Origin: Mycoplasma mycoides subsp. capri
GTDB lineage: Bacteria > Bacillota_I > Bacilli_A > Mycoplasmatales > Mycoplasmataceae
Length of the DNA stretch: 32,000 bases
Direction: 5' to 3'
Assembly (NCBI RefSeq): GCF_018389705.1
Contig: NZ_CP065581.1
Span: 900,001-932,000 of the forward strand
Positions 1 through 11,916 of the stretch are shown here, in pieces. The translations under genes and the position numbers were made by a program. The notes under the pieces were generated by a model. That model was not told where the DNA came from. It searched no databases and worked only from the letters and a program-made list of their open reading frames with translations. Each line of letters starts with the position of its first letter. The first letter of the stretch is position 1.

Positions 1-1512
1 TATATTATCTTTTCCAACAATTTCTAATATCTTTTGAGCCATTAGTTCATATTTATTTATATCAGAATCATTTGTTGTTATATTTTCAATTATTTGTTTT
101 TCATTTACTTTTTGAATTGTTTGTTTTTGAATCTCTAATTGGTTTTCTCTACCTGGAGTTAAAATATTTAACTTTTTAATCAAGAAATAAAAAGTTATAA
201 AATATGTAGCAAACATACCTAAGGCATATACTCAAATTCATAATGGATTTGCATATCATCCAATTTTTGCTGAGATTTGTCATGAAGTTCAAAATGAAAC
301 TACATAATCAATAAACCCAGCACTAAATCCAATTCCTAAACTAATTTGAGATCAAGTTACAAACATATAAAAAATACCTGTAAATAAAGCATTTAAAAAA
401 TACAAAATAGGAGAAATAAAAATAAAATTAAAAGTTAAAGGTTCATCAATTCCAGTAATAAAAGCAACAAAAGCAGCTCCCCCATAAAAAGCAGTCATTT
501 GTCTTTTTTTATCTTTATCTGAAACTAAAATTAATGCTAAAGCAACACCTGGTAAACCACCTAAAAATAAAGGGAAAAATCCAGTAGTAAATAATCCAGA
601 TCCAATTAATCCTTTTTGAAATGCAGGAATATCACCATTAATAATTGTTGTTGAATTATCTACTAATAATTTACCTTCTATTGGTAGTTGAAATCATACA
701 AATGTATTTAAAATATGATGTAAACCAAAAGGATAAACTAATCTATTTAAAAATCCATAAGTACCTACTGCAAACCCTTTATAAAAACCATTTGCTTGAG
801 ATAAAGCTGTTCCTATTTTAATTAAACCAAACTGAAGTCATGGTCAAATAATAGCAAAGCTTAACCCTAGTGGAATAATCATTAAAACACCTAATAATGG
901 AATAAATCTTCTTCCACCAAAAAATGAAAGAGCTTGAGGTAAAGTTACTTCTTTATATTTGTTATAAATTAAAGCAACTAAACACCCAACAACAATACCA
1001 CCAACAACTCCAGAATCTAGTTGATATTTCACACTATTTCCTTTTAAAAAATACAATAATTGAGTAGCGCGAACCATCTGACCATTACGTTCAATTAAAA
1101 GCTTGTCTGAAGTTAGTACATTTTTTCAAATAAATGTTGGAAATAAACCTTCTTTTAATAAAGCTGTCATTCCAAATCAAACAATACCACCAACTAATGC
1201 AGCTTCTCCACGATTATCTTTTGCTAAACCAAAACTAATACCAATAGCAAAAATAATTGCTAAATTATCAAAAACAATTTGACCAGGAGTAGCTATAATC
1301 AATCCTATGAATTTTTGAATTTCAGAAATATTTAATCCTCCATTGGCTAATGGATCTTGAATTAAAGCACCAAATCTAGCTAGTAAAGCTGCAATAGGTA
1401 AAACTGCAATTGGAAACATTAAAGTTTTTCCTAAACGCTGTAGTGCATTTAAAAGATTATTATAAAAACTATTTTCTTTGTTTTGTTTATCTTTTGCTTT
1501 TAAAAAATGCAT
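1..1512 (-). CDS. PTS sugar transporter IIC-IIB (glucose/N-acetylglucosamine family), truncated by left window edge
   Basis: Minus-strand frame joins track ORFs 1177..1512 and 844..1077 across TGA(Trp). Starts MHFLKAK...NALQRLGKTLMFPIAVLPIAALLARFGALIQDP (IIC). The left end reads INKYELMAQKILEIVGKDNI, typical IIB start. RBS-like GGAG upstream of the ATG. Confidence 0.88.
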
Positions 1513-1806
1513 AACTTATCTCCTTTCTAATTTATTTCAATTAAATCTAATAAACTTTTTATTAAACATTTTAATTATTAATTTATAACAACCAACTTTA
1601 TTAAATAGGTATTATAAATTCTTTAAACTTGTTTTGTTAATAAATTTATGCACAACACTTTTATAGATCAACTATTTATTAATTAAAGTTATTTAAAACT
1701 CCTTTCATAAATTTAATACACTAAATATACAATTTTATTTTATCTAATCTAAGGTCTTAATTTTTTTATTATTCTAATCATTATTTATAATTATTAAAAA
1801 ATAAAA

Positions 1807-1833
1807 AAATCACAATTTTAAAAATTGTGATTT
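1807..1833 (-). terminator. Rho-independent terminator downstream of the MFS gene
   Basis: Inverted repeat AAATCACAATTT / AAATTGTGATTT, followed on the minus strand by a T-run (plus-strand ataaaaaaat). Confidence 0.7.
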
Positions 1834-1855
1834 ACATTAATTATTTGTATTTTTT

Positions 1856-3271
1856 TTATTTTATTGATACGTTTTTAGTTGAATCTTTTTTAGTTGGAAA
1901 CATTGGATATTCAGGATGTGGTTCTTTTAACATTAATATACCAATTAATGATATTAATGTAGCAACAATAATAATTACTAGTTGAATTGAACTTACTAAT
2001 ACTTTGTCTAGTCCTTGTAAAAGTGTTACACCAGAAATTATAATTAATACAACAGTAAAGAACATGTATCCAAATCCTCAAATTAAACTAAACATTCAAC
2101 CAATAGTTTTTGGATCTGCTTCTTTGTATTCATGAGGCATGTTTAACATAACTCCTTGAATACCTCAAACACATAATCCAGTTAAAAAACCTAAAATAAT
2201 AAACATTATAGCTGAAAATACAAACATAGAATTATTTTGGCTTTTTCCATATTTAGCAACACCAAATACAAAAGTTAAAGTTGATAATACAAATAAAACT
2301 ATTCCCATTGTAATTGCACAAGCAATAAATCATCTTCTTTTTGCTTGTTTTCTTGATCACAAACCAAGACTAATAGGACCTACAAACACAGCTGCTAAAA
2401 ATGCAATCTGTCAACCTTGAATAAATTTATTAAAAGATCCATTAGCATTACTTAGTCCGTTAAAGATTGGTATTGTTAAACTTGTTAGAAAAACAGCTAT
2501 ACATAATCATCCACCATATAGTAGAACTCATGCATAAGTTTGTTTTTTCTTAATGTATGAACCAAGAATTTTTCAACCATTTACTTTTACTTTTGGTTCA
2601 TCTTTTTTAATGTCAAATTTTGTACCTATAAGAATAAATAATATTAAAGGAATAATATTTAATGCAGCAAGCAAAGTAATTATTAGTTGTCATTGATTTC
2701 TAACTGAATCTGGCATGCTAACTAAAAATGCAGGTAAGATTGAAACAATAGTACCTAATGGATAAAATCAAATACCAAATTGTGAAACAATTGATTTTTG
2801 TTTAGAACCAAAGAAGTTAGCAACAACTGGTTGGGTTAAAATAACTAGTGTTGTTCCTCCAATAGCCATAATTGTTCTTAAAATTAAAAACAATGCATAT
2901 CCAGATCTAGTTGCTGGCATAAATGCAGCTGGAATACCAGCTAATGTCATACCAAGCGCAATAATAGTTGTGTATTTATGAGCAAATTTTGCTAATAATA
3001 ATGCAATAAGCACTGAACCTATAGCACGACCTAATGTAATTGATCAGTTTGAAATTTGGTTTAAAACTTGAAAACTACGGTTGTTTTCAATACCAAAGTA
3101 ACCTAGAAATCCCGAATGAACTGTTCCATTACTTACACCACTACCTGCTAGTGTAACTGAAAAACCTCAGTTAGCGATAAATAGCATATATGCAAATGAA
3201 ATAAATGATCATAAAATAAAGCCGTAAAGTACTTTATTTTTTTGTGATCACTGTTGGATCTTGTTATTCAT
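1856..3271 (-). CDS. MFS transporter
   Basis: 472 codons including stop. Begins MNNKIQQWSQKNKVLYGFILWSFISYAYMLFIANWGFS; about 12 hydrophobic segments; contains LARTIMAIGG-like MFS region (ILRTIMAIGGTTLVILTQPVVANFFGSKQ). Joined across TGA(Trp). Confidence 0.8.
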
Positions 3272-3588
3272 ATTCCCTTTCTACATAATCAGAATTTAAG
3301 ATAATCGCAATTGATAAATTATTTGTTGGTAATATTTAGTTTTTTTAGAAATTTATTTTTTAGGGCGTAATAAACTATTTAAGTTTTTAATTAATGATTT
3401 GGTAGAATGAAAAAATACTGTATCAGTTGCTTTTAAAATGTTTTACTTAATATTTTGTAAAACAAATTTATTAAACTTGTAATCTAATTTTTTAAGTAGT
3501 AGGATGGTTATGTTTAGTTTAAAAAACTACTTGATTTTTAAAAATTAATATTTATTATTAACCTTGTAGTGGAATTATTGGTAAATAA

Positions 3589-4305
3589 TTATTTTTCTTT
3601 TACAGAGAATATAAATTTTATTTCATCAGAAAGTTTTGTAGATTTAACAACTACACCACCAGTTTTATCTTCATAGTACACATCTAAAACTGTTAGTGTA
3701 GATTCATCTACTTTCAATATTTCTGCTATTTTCTTTTTAATTGTTGAATGAAATTTTGAATTATCTAGGATTTGGTCTTTAGTATAAGCACCTAATTCTA
3801 GATTTTCTTTTACTAAAAATGTAACTTTTAAAGTATCAGAGAATTTTGTTGATTTAACAATTGCTTCTCCAGATTGATCATCAAAATAAACGTTTTCAAT
3901 TTTTAATGATTTTTCTTCTATTTTTAGTATTTCAGCAATTTTCTTTTTAATTGATGAATGTAAAGCACTATTATCTAGTACTTGTTTTTTAGAATAAGTC
4001 CCTACTTCAATATTTTGTTTAGGGAATTTTGGTAGATTTTGATTATTGTTTGGTTTTGAAAAATCATGATTTTCTATATCTCAACCAGTTATGCTATCTC
4101 TAAAAGCATCACTTCAGTGACTTTTTGAAATAACTTTTGGTTTTTCTTCACTTTTTTCATTACCATCTTTTTTATCTTTGTCTTTATTTTGATTAGTACT
4201 TGGTGCTTTTGTAGAATCAGTATTATTGCAAGCAACTACTAAACCAACTCCACTTGCACTAATCATTAGAGAACTTAATATTGTTAGTAATGATTTCATA
4301 CTCAT
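3589..4305 (-). CDS. Predicted lipoprotein with two tandem ~70-aa repeats (start may be 4299)
   Basis: Signal peptide and lipobox MKSLLTILSSLMISASGVGLVVAC. 239 codons including stop. Frame continues across TGA after ISKSH. Confidence 0.8.
3592..4014 (-). repeat. Two in-frame tandem ~70-residue repeat units inside the lipoprotein gene
   Basis: Unit 1 NIEVGTYSKKQVLDNSALHSSIKKKIAEILKIEEKSLKIENVYFDDQSGEAIVKSTKFSDTLKVTFLVKE; unit 2 NLELGAYTKDQILDNSKFHSTIKKKIAEILKVDESTLTVLDVCYEDKTGGVVVKSTKLSDEIKFIFSVKE. Confidence 0.9.
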
Positions 4306-4535
4306 GTCTTTATAAAAAATTGATTAACTTTTTGAAGTTAATCGGCTATATACCTAGTGTATATAGTTAATTCCATTATATATATAATGTCAAGTTTATA
4401 ACCAGATAGCAGGCCATCTTCATATCAGTTTTTTTACATTTTAAGTTTTATATTTATCATTTTAAAAAGATAATAGATTTTTAAAATTTAAACTTCATCA
4501 TTTAATATATATGTTTATAAATTTAATAGATAATA

Positions 4536-4565
4536 AAAAATCAGCACTTAGTTGTGCTGATTTTT
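4536..4565 (-). terminator. Rho-independent terminator downstream of the hydrolase gene
   Basis: Perfect 12-bp inverted repeat AAAAATCAGCAC / GTGCTGATTTTT with 6-nt loop. Directly follows the minus-strand stop codon at 4570-4572. Confidence 0.9.
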
Positions 4566-4569
4566 GTTA

Positions 4570-5430
4570 TTATTTTTTAATTTCAATTCAATCATCTAAA
4601 ACTTTATAATGTTCATCTCTTAAATAATCAATTCCCATACAATGACGAATTGGTTTTGAATAAACATGTTTGTTTTTTAGATATTTTAAGTGCTTTTTAA
4701 AATGCTTATAATCAACTAAAGCATCTCCTGTGCTTTGAATATGTAAAACATTATCTAAATTTTTAAAATCTTGTTTTTTAATAAATCTTTTAACTGGATA
4801 ATGAGAAAGTTTAAATAGTATTGGTAAAAATAAATAAGATAAATAAATAAAATATCAAACCTTTTTAAATCCAGATTGAATAGCAATATCTAAAAATGAA
4901 TTATATCCTGCATCAACAATAAACTTATTAGCTATTTTATTATTATATTTACTAATAAAACTATAAACAGTTCCTCCACCCATAGATTCACCATATATAA
5001 CTAGTTTTTTTGGTTTAAGATCTTTTTTAACAAAATCAATAACATCTTTTAATAAATCTGCTTCTTTAATACCTAAAGTACATTTACCAAATTTATCAGA
5101 TTCACCTCAACCAAAGTTATCATAACTAATTAAAGTTATATTTCTTGAAAAACAATAATCTAAAAACTTAATCGCATTTCTATTATTTGATAAAATACCA
5201 TGACAATAAACAATTACAGTATCACCAGTTCCGTGTTTAAAAATTTTTAATTTTCCAAATCTAGTATTAATAGTTTTATATTCTTTATTAAAACCTGATA
5301 AATCTAAATGATCAAAATTATATCCATTTTCATTTGCTATTTGATATTCAAAATCTAAAGATTCTTGATAACTAACTTTTCTTTTTAGTTTTTTTCTAAT
5401 TTGTAATCAAACATATAAAGATAAGATCAT
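4570..5430 (-). CDS. Alpha/beta hydrolase
   Basis: Contains VIVYCHGILSNNRNAIKF, nucleophile elbow VIYGESWGGG and a late His region (ALVDYKHFKKHLKYL...HCMGIDYLRDEHYKVLDDW). 287 codons including stop, read across TGA(Trp). Confidence 0.8.
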
Positions 5431-5441
5431 AATATCACCTA

Positions 5442-7022
5442 TTATTTTTTAGTTTGTTTTGGTTTGTCTGGGTTATGATGAGATGGTACTAATAAGTGCT
5501 TATTAAATGTTTTATCATCGATTTCTCTTGTAATAAATTCTGGTTCTTTAAAGAAAAATAGTAATAATAAAATTGCAAATAAACAAGAAATTCCACAAAT
5601 TAATCAAACTCAATATCCACCAGTTCCACTAATTCCAAACACGGGAGCTTTTGATAAAAATGTATTAACTCCAACAAATATAATTCCACCAAAACCATAA
5701 GTAATTGAGTTAAAGACAACAAATGTTGCTGGACGAGTATTAATAGTTGTTACTCTTGAAATAAACTCATATCCTAAAGCAACAGCTAATGTTCCAGTAA
5801 TAGCTCCTCCAATTCCCCCAATTAAACTAGTAATAATTGGATCTTTTGGTTTTACTATATAAACTATTGTTCCAATTCCAAATCAACTAATTGTTGCTAA
5901 AACTGCTGATCATAACAAGAAGTTTTTTAATTTAATTTTAGTAATAACTTGTAATATTAAATAAGATAAAAGCAATTGCACTGGTATTGAAAACGCTTTT
6001 TGATATCCAATATGCTGAGGAGAGTTAAATGACTTTGTTGTTGAAGTAAAGTTTTCAACTGTATTTACTCAAATTGAACCAAATGCTTGTACTGTACCAA
6101 TTACTATTAAAAAGAATATCAATCCAATAATAAAGTTTTTATTTAAAATAATTTGTTTTAAAGTTAATTCTTGATTAAGTTTATTAGCTTGCTTAACTTC
6201 TTCATATTTTTTTTGACTAACTCTTTCTTCTTTAACGTGTAGTTTGTCAAAAATATTATCTGGCATAAATAATCATAAAAAGATAGTTAAAATAACATAA
6301 AAAGCACCAACTACATAATATGGAGTAGCATCAGCTCAACTAATTGTTCTTTTATAATAGTTTAAATGTAAAAGTAATTGAGTAAGACCAATTGAACCTA
6401 ATCCTGCTCCAACTTCATAAAACCCACGTACAAATGAAATTTTTACATTAGTTTTACGTGCAACTGAAGTAGCTCAAGAATCTAAAGCAGTTCTATAAGA
6501 ATATAACATTCCAAATAGTGGAGTAAATACAGTAGCTAATAAAAGTACTGATGAAATTACTGGCATTATAAAAAACATCATTATAGATAAAGCTAAAAGT
6601 ATTGGTAAAATAAAAAACTTATAAGTTTTTTTCTTAGTGATTGCATATACTAAAATAGGTCCTGAAATAAATGAAGCTATTAAAGCAGCAGCTGAAAATA
6701 ACAAACCTTCTTTTTTAAATGCACTATTAATATTAATATTGTAGTATTTTGTAATTATATGATTTTCTTGATCTATTACAGCTTCTAATTGAGTGTAAAA
6801 ATCATCTATTGTTTTAATATTATAATCACTAAAAACAATAGATAAATTACTATCAATTTGTGCTTTTCCAACGCTTAGATCAGTTTGTAACCCACCATTA
6901 AAAATAATTACTTTTTGAATAAATCATTCTAAGTTATAAACAAGTGTTGTTGTTATACCTACTAAAATTCAAAAAATAATTAAAGTTATTAACGACTTAT
7001 TTTTTTGTTTTTTTAATTCCAT
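5442..7022 (-). CDS. MFS-like multi-pass transporter
   Basis: 527 codons including stop. Begins MELKKQKNKSLITLIIFWILVGITTTLVYNLEWFIQK; multiple TM segments including track ORFs 6474..6704 and 6069..6266 joined by TGA(Trp). Confidence 0.7.
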
Positions 7023-7236
7023 AAATAGCCTAGATTGTTAAATAGACAAAACGTCTAAGTTATTAACAACAAAAATTAGACGTTTAATAAAACTTTTGTT
7101 GTTATTTTAATTTTATAATAATTGACTTTTATTTTCTTTAAAGACAATTGTTTTAAATTAGTATACTTTATAAATAAAAAAGTATCTTTTTCTAGTATAA
7201 ACTAAAGATACTTTTTAGACTATATTATTTTAGAAA

Positions 7237-8463
7237 TTAATCAGTAATACTTGTGATATTGTAATTTGCTTGTGTGATTTTATCAATGATTTGTTGTTGT
7301 TGGTCTGGATTTGATAGATCAATAATAAATGTTGTATGTATTTCATTTAACTCTAAATACATAATATCTCTATTAGTTTTAATTTTAATAATTTTAGCTC
7401 CACAAGAATTAATAATACTAATAATATTCATCAATTCTTTATTATCTGATGGAATATTTACAGATAATACTAATCTTCTATTAGTTTTAATTAAAGCTTT
7501 ATTAATAATATTTCCAACCATTGCAATATCAATATTTCCACCACTAACTAATCCAACTATTGTTTTATTTTGATTTTTAATATTTAATTTATCAAACATT
7601 AAAGCAGCAGCTGTAACTGCTCCTGAACCTTCAGTTACAAACTTACAATTTTCCATTAAAAATAACATTGTTTCAGCAATCTCTTCTTCACTTACAACAA
7701 CTACATCATCAACATATTGATTTAATATTGAAAAAGTTAAATCACTAACTTTTTTAACAGCTATTCCATCTGCTATTGATGGTTTTGAATCGATCATTAC
7801 TGGTTTATTTAAAGCTTTTGCTTGTTGATATGAATTAACATTAGCAGCTTCAACACCAATCATTTTAATATTAGGATTAACTTGTTTTAAATAAGTAGCA
7901 ATACCACTCATTAATCCACCACCACCAATTGGTACTAAACAATAATCAATATTTTTAATTTGTTGATCAATTTCATAAGCAATAGTGGCTTGACCTTTAA
8001 TAATTTCAATATCATCAAAAGCATGAATTAAAGTTAAATTTTCTTTTTCTTTTAATTCAATAGCTTTGGCTAAAGCATCATCAAAATATCTACCAGATAA
8101 AACAACTTTTCCACCATACTTTTCTGTTGCTTGAATTTTTGCCATTGGAGCATTTTCAGGCATAACAATTGTTGATTTTAACCCTAAATTAGTAGCTGCA
8201 TAAGCTACACCTTGTGCATGATTTCCAGCACTAGCTGCAATAATCCCATGTCTTTTTTCTTCATCAGTTAATTTACTAATTTTATTAGTTGCCCCTCTTA
8301 ACTTAAAACTTCCAGTTTTTTGTAGATTTTCTAATTTTAAATAAATATTATTACCAGTTAAAGCAGACAATTTATCTGCATAATGTAAAGGTGTATAATG
8401 AATTATTTTAGAAATTTCTTGATGAATTTGTTTAATTTCATCAACTGTGAATGGGTGTGACAT
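7237..8463 (-). CDS. ilvA: Threonine ammonia-lyase (threonine dehydratase) with C-terminal ACT-like region
   Basis: PLP Lys motif GSFKLRGATNK, Ser/Gly-rich loop GGGGLMSGIA, SAGNHAQGVA; C-terminal ~80 aa (RRLVLSVNIPSDNKELMNIISIINSCGAKI) looks ACT-like. Start at 8463 preferred over 8487 because of the aaaggagaaaatATG RBS. Confidence 0.87.
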   Translation of the reverse strand: MSHPFTVDEIKQIHQEISKIIHYTPLHYADKLSALTGNNIYLKLENLQKTGSFKLRGATNKISKLTDEEKRHGIIAASAGNHAQGVAYAATNLGLKSTIVMPENAPMAKIQATEKYGGKVVLSGRYFDDALAKAIELKEKENLTLIHAFDDIEIIKGQATIAYEIDQQIKNIDYCLVPIGGGGLMSGIATYLKQVNPNIKMIGVEAANVNSYQQAKALNKPVMIDSKPSIADGIAVKKVSDLTFSILNQYVDDVVVVSEEEIAETMLFLMENCKFVTEGSGAVTAAALMFDKLNIKNQNKTIVGLVSGGNIDIAMVGNIINKALIKTNRRLVLSVNIPSDNKELMNIISIINSCGAKIIKIKTNRDIMYLELNEIHTTFIIDLSNPDQQQQIIDKITQANYNITSITD

Positions 8464-8657
8464 ATTTTCTCCTTTTATAAATATCACTTTTCTACTAAAT
8501 CCTTGTACATTAAATATTATATAGTCTAAAAAAATAGTGCTTTTGTTTAATAACTAAATAAAAAATAAATAAAATTAAGTGACTTTAAATGAGTGTTTTA
8601 TATAAAAAAATAATTTGATAAAAATATATAATTTATATTAAGAAAAGAGATGGTTTT

Positions 8658-9455
8658 ATGAATATATCTGGACTATATGATACACATTGTCACTTAAATG
8701 ATAGTAGATTTATGGAAATTGATATGACTTCTAATGAAATAGTAATTGAAGCAAAAAGAAGTGGAGTTAAATATATTAATAATGTTGGATATGATGTTAA
8801 ATCATCAAAAACTGCAGTATTTCAAGCTAATTTAGATCCAAATGTTTTTGCTGTTGTTGGAATTCATCCAAGTCAAATTCATTTATATGCTGATCAAGCT
8901 TTTGAAAGTATTGAAGAATTAGCAAATTCAAATAAGGTTGTCGGAATTGGTGAAGTTGGTTTAGATTTTTTTGAAACTAATAAATATGAAAAACAGCAAA
9001 TTTTAGGTTTTGAAAAACAAATTGATATTGCTAAAAAATTAGATTTGCCTATAGTTGTACATTTAAGAGATGCAGTAAATCATTTTAGAGTATATGAAAT
9101 TGCTTATAAAATATTTAAAGAAAAACGTGTTAAAAAAGCAGTAATTCATGGTTTTCGCGGTCCTTTAGAATGAGCATTGAAATTTATTGACTTAGGATTT
9201 TATATATCATTTGATGCAGCTATTACTCATGATGTTGAACTAGAACAAGTAGTTAAAAATGTTTCTTTAAATAGATTATTAGTTGAAACAAATTCACCAT
9301 TTTTACCACCATCACCATATAAAAAAGGTTTAAGTTATCCAAAATATTTACCACTAATTGTTAAACACATAGCAAAAATTAAAAAAGTTTCAGATAGTAT
9401 AGTTGCTGAAAATACTAAAAACAATGCTGAAAGATTGTTTTTAAGATCATATTAA
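8658..9455 (+). CDS. tatD: TatD family metal-dependent hydrolase / DNase
   Basis: YDTHCHLND, VGIHPSQ, VGIGEVGLDFF, PIVVHLRDA, HGFRGPLEWA, LLVETNSPFLPPSP motifs. Joins two track ORFs across TGA. Confidence 0.92.
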
Positions 9456-9483
9456 AAAAACGAGAATCTAAATTCTCGTTTTT
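9456..9483. terminator. Bidirectional rho-independent terminator between convergent genes
   Basis: Perfect inverted repeat AAAAACGAGAAT / ATTCTCGTTTTT with 4-nt loop, A-run and T-run flanking, between the tatD stop and the ABC-F stop codon. Confidence 0.92.
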
Positions 9484-11022
9484 TTATTCTACTAGATCTT
9501 CAAAATTTAATACTTTATCAGCTCAATTAGTTTCGAAATTAATATCGTGAGTTGTAATTAAAACAGTGCCTTGAAATTCTTTAATTGCTTCTAGTAAAGA
9601 TTCTTTTGCTAAAACATCAATATGATTAGTTGGCTCATCTAAAATCAACAAGCTAGCTGGTTCTAAACTAAGTGAAGCTAATCTAACTTTAGTTTGCTCT
9701 CCTCCAGATAAATCACTCATAGGATTTAACATAAGCTCTGATTTTATTCCAAATCTTGAAAGTGTTGCTCTGATTTCAGGATCTAAAACTTCTTTATGTC
9801 TACTTGATAGATATGAAATTGGTGTTTCATATTCATGAAATTTTTCAACTTGTTCAAAATATCTAACTTCAACACCATCACCAAGTTTACACCAACCACT
9901 AATTGGTTTTAATTGATTTGAAATAGTTTTTAAAAAAGTGGTTTTTCCAATTCCATTATATCCTTTAACAATACATTTTTGACCTTCTCTTAATTCAAAA
10001 GTTAAAGGAGCAGTTAAACTAAAATTATAACCAATTTCTAAATTTTGAGACTTAATAACAACTGCTGAATTAGGACGCTTATATTTAAAACTCATTTTAG
10101 GTTTAACTAGTTTTTTTCTTTCATCTAAAACATCCATTTTATCTAATTGCTTTTGACGAGATTGTGCACTTTTAGCTGTTGAAAATCTTGCGGCATTTCT
10201 TGCAATATAATCTTTTAGTTTTGCTATTTGTTGTTGTTGAGATTCTCTTGCTTTATCATATTGATCAGCTTTTAAAGCAGATAGTTCTAAATATTTATTG
10301 TAATCTCCAACATATCGATTTATTTTTTGATTTTCTATAGCATAAATTATTTTTGCTACTCTATTAATAAATTCAACATCATGACTTATCATTAAAAAAG
10401 CGTTCTCATAATTATTTAAAAAATTAATTAATCATTCAACTTGTTCAATATCTAAAAAGTTAGTAGGTTCATCTAATAAAATAAAATCATCATTTTTTAA
10501 TAATAATTTAGCTAATAAAATTTTTCCACGTTGACCACCAGATAATTCTGATAGTTTCTTTTTCATATTATTTGGATTAATTCCTAATCCTGAAACTAAA
10601 TTACCAATAGTTTTATCAATAGTATCAAAATTATGACTAGTTAAATAATCTTGTAATTCTAAAGCTTTTATTAAATCTGATTCTTTATATTCAATTGCCA
10701 TATCTTCATAAATTTTATGAATTTTAGCTTCAATTTCAAAAAGATTTTTAAAAGCATCTTTTAAATACTCTTCACTAGTTATATTTGGATCTACTTCTTG
10801 GTGTTGATCTAAATATCCAATCTTTGCTTTAGGATGTCATTCTATTGTTCCATGATCTGGAGTAATTTTTTGAGCAATAATATTTAATAAAGTAGATTTT
10901 CCAGCTCCATTAGGACCAATTAAAGCAACATGTTCACCTTTATTAATTCTCATTTCAGAATTTTTATATAAAATTTTTTCTCCGTTTTGATGTGTAATAT
11001 TTTCTAATACTATTAAACTCAT
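9484..11022 (-). CDS. ABC-F family ATP-binding cassette protein
   Basis: Two Walker A sites (GPNGAGKST, GYNGIGKTT), two signatures (LSGGQRGK, LSGGEQTK), LLDEPTN twice, interdomain linker, no TM. 513 codons including stop. Confidence 0.92.
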
Positions 11023-11054
11023 ATCTTCTCCTTAAACATACTAAAAATTAAGAA

Positions 11055-11091
11055 AGATAAAAGAAATAACTTGTTGTTAATTCTTTTATCT
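11055..11091 (-). terminator. Possible terminator overlapping the 3' end of plsY
   Basis: Inverted repeat AGATAAAAGAA ... TTCTTTTATCT with inner TAAC/GTTA pairing. AT-rich, so modest support. Confidence 0.35.
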
Positions 11092-11847
11092 AACAGGTTT
11101 AACTTTTTTTGGAAAGGTGTCTGGTTCAGTTTTATTTTTAATTCTTTTAATATTTTGTGAGTGTCTTCAAGCTAAAATCAAGCCACCAATTAAAATAATA
11201 ATATTTCCTTCTAAAATTCCACTTGCTCAAGTGTTTGATAATCAATAATGAAATGAATTTAGTAATGAAAATAAAATATAGTTTTTTCAAGCAAAACTAA
11301 ATTTTTCTAACCCATTTCACTCTCATATAAAATAACTAACTCCACTTAAATAAGGAATTCACATTATAAGTAAAATGATTAAAGCAGAAAACATTGAAGC
11401 AACACTAACTTTTCTTGAAATAGCAACACTTATAAATCAAATAATTAAAAAGATAATCAAATATAAAACATTAACTACAAATAAAAGTCCTAAAAAACAA
11501 CTAACTGCTTTACCACCTTTAAATTTGTAATAAATTGGATAACAATGACCAATTAAAGCAAAAATACAAGGAATAAAATAACTAGTCTGACTAAATAAAT
11601 CATTTGGGATCATTGATAATAAAATAGCTGAAATTGCAGTAAACACTACTTTTAAAGCATCTAAAAAAGCTACGACTAGTCCTCACTTTTTACCTAAAGC
11701 TCTCACTGTATTAGTTGCTCCTGGATTACCTGATCCAACTGTTCTAATATCAATATTTCCCACTTTTTTAACTATAATTATTGATCAAGATATTGAACCT
11801 AAAAAATAACCAATCACACTAGCTATAATTATTCCTAAATAATGCAT
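11086..11847 (-). CDS. plsY: Glycerol-3-phosphate acyltransferase PlsY
   Basis: MHYLGIIIASVIGYFLGSISWSIII, GSGNPGATNTVRALG, FALIGHCYPIYYKFKGGKAVS: conserved PlsY motifs. Confidence 0.92.
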
Positions 11848-11916
11848 AAAAAATCCTTTCAATTCTTTAATAAGATTATAAAATAAATAAAACTAAACAA
11901 CAATTGGAGTATAAAA

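Noticed and set aside
3272-3588. Possible RNA element in the 317-bp gap upstream of the first MFS gene
   Set aside because: Only weak AT-rich pairings (for example around tagtttaaaaaactac) and no conserved riboswitch or T-box core that I can identify.
7274-7573. Plus-strand 99-aa ORF in the track
   Set aside because: Fully antisense to the ACT-like end of ilvA; hydrophobic low-complexity translation typical of antisense to an AT-rich gene, with no RBS. Treated as spurious.
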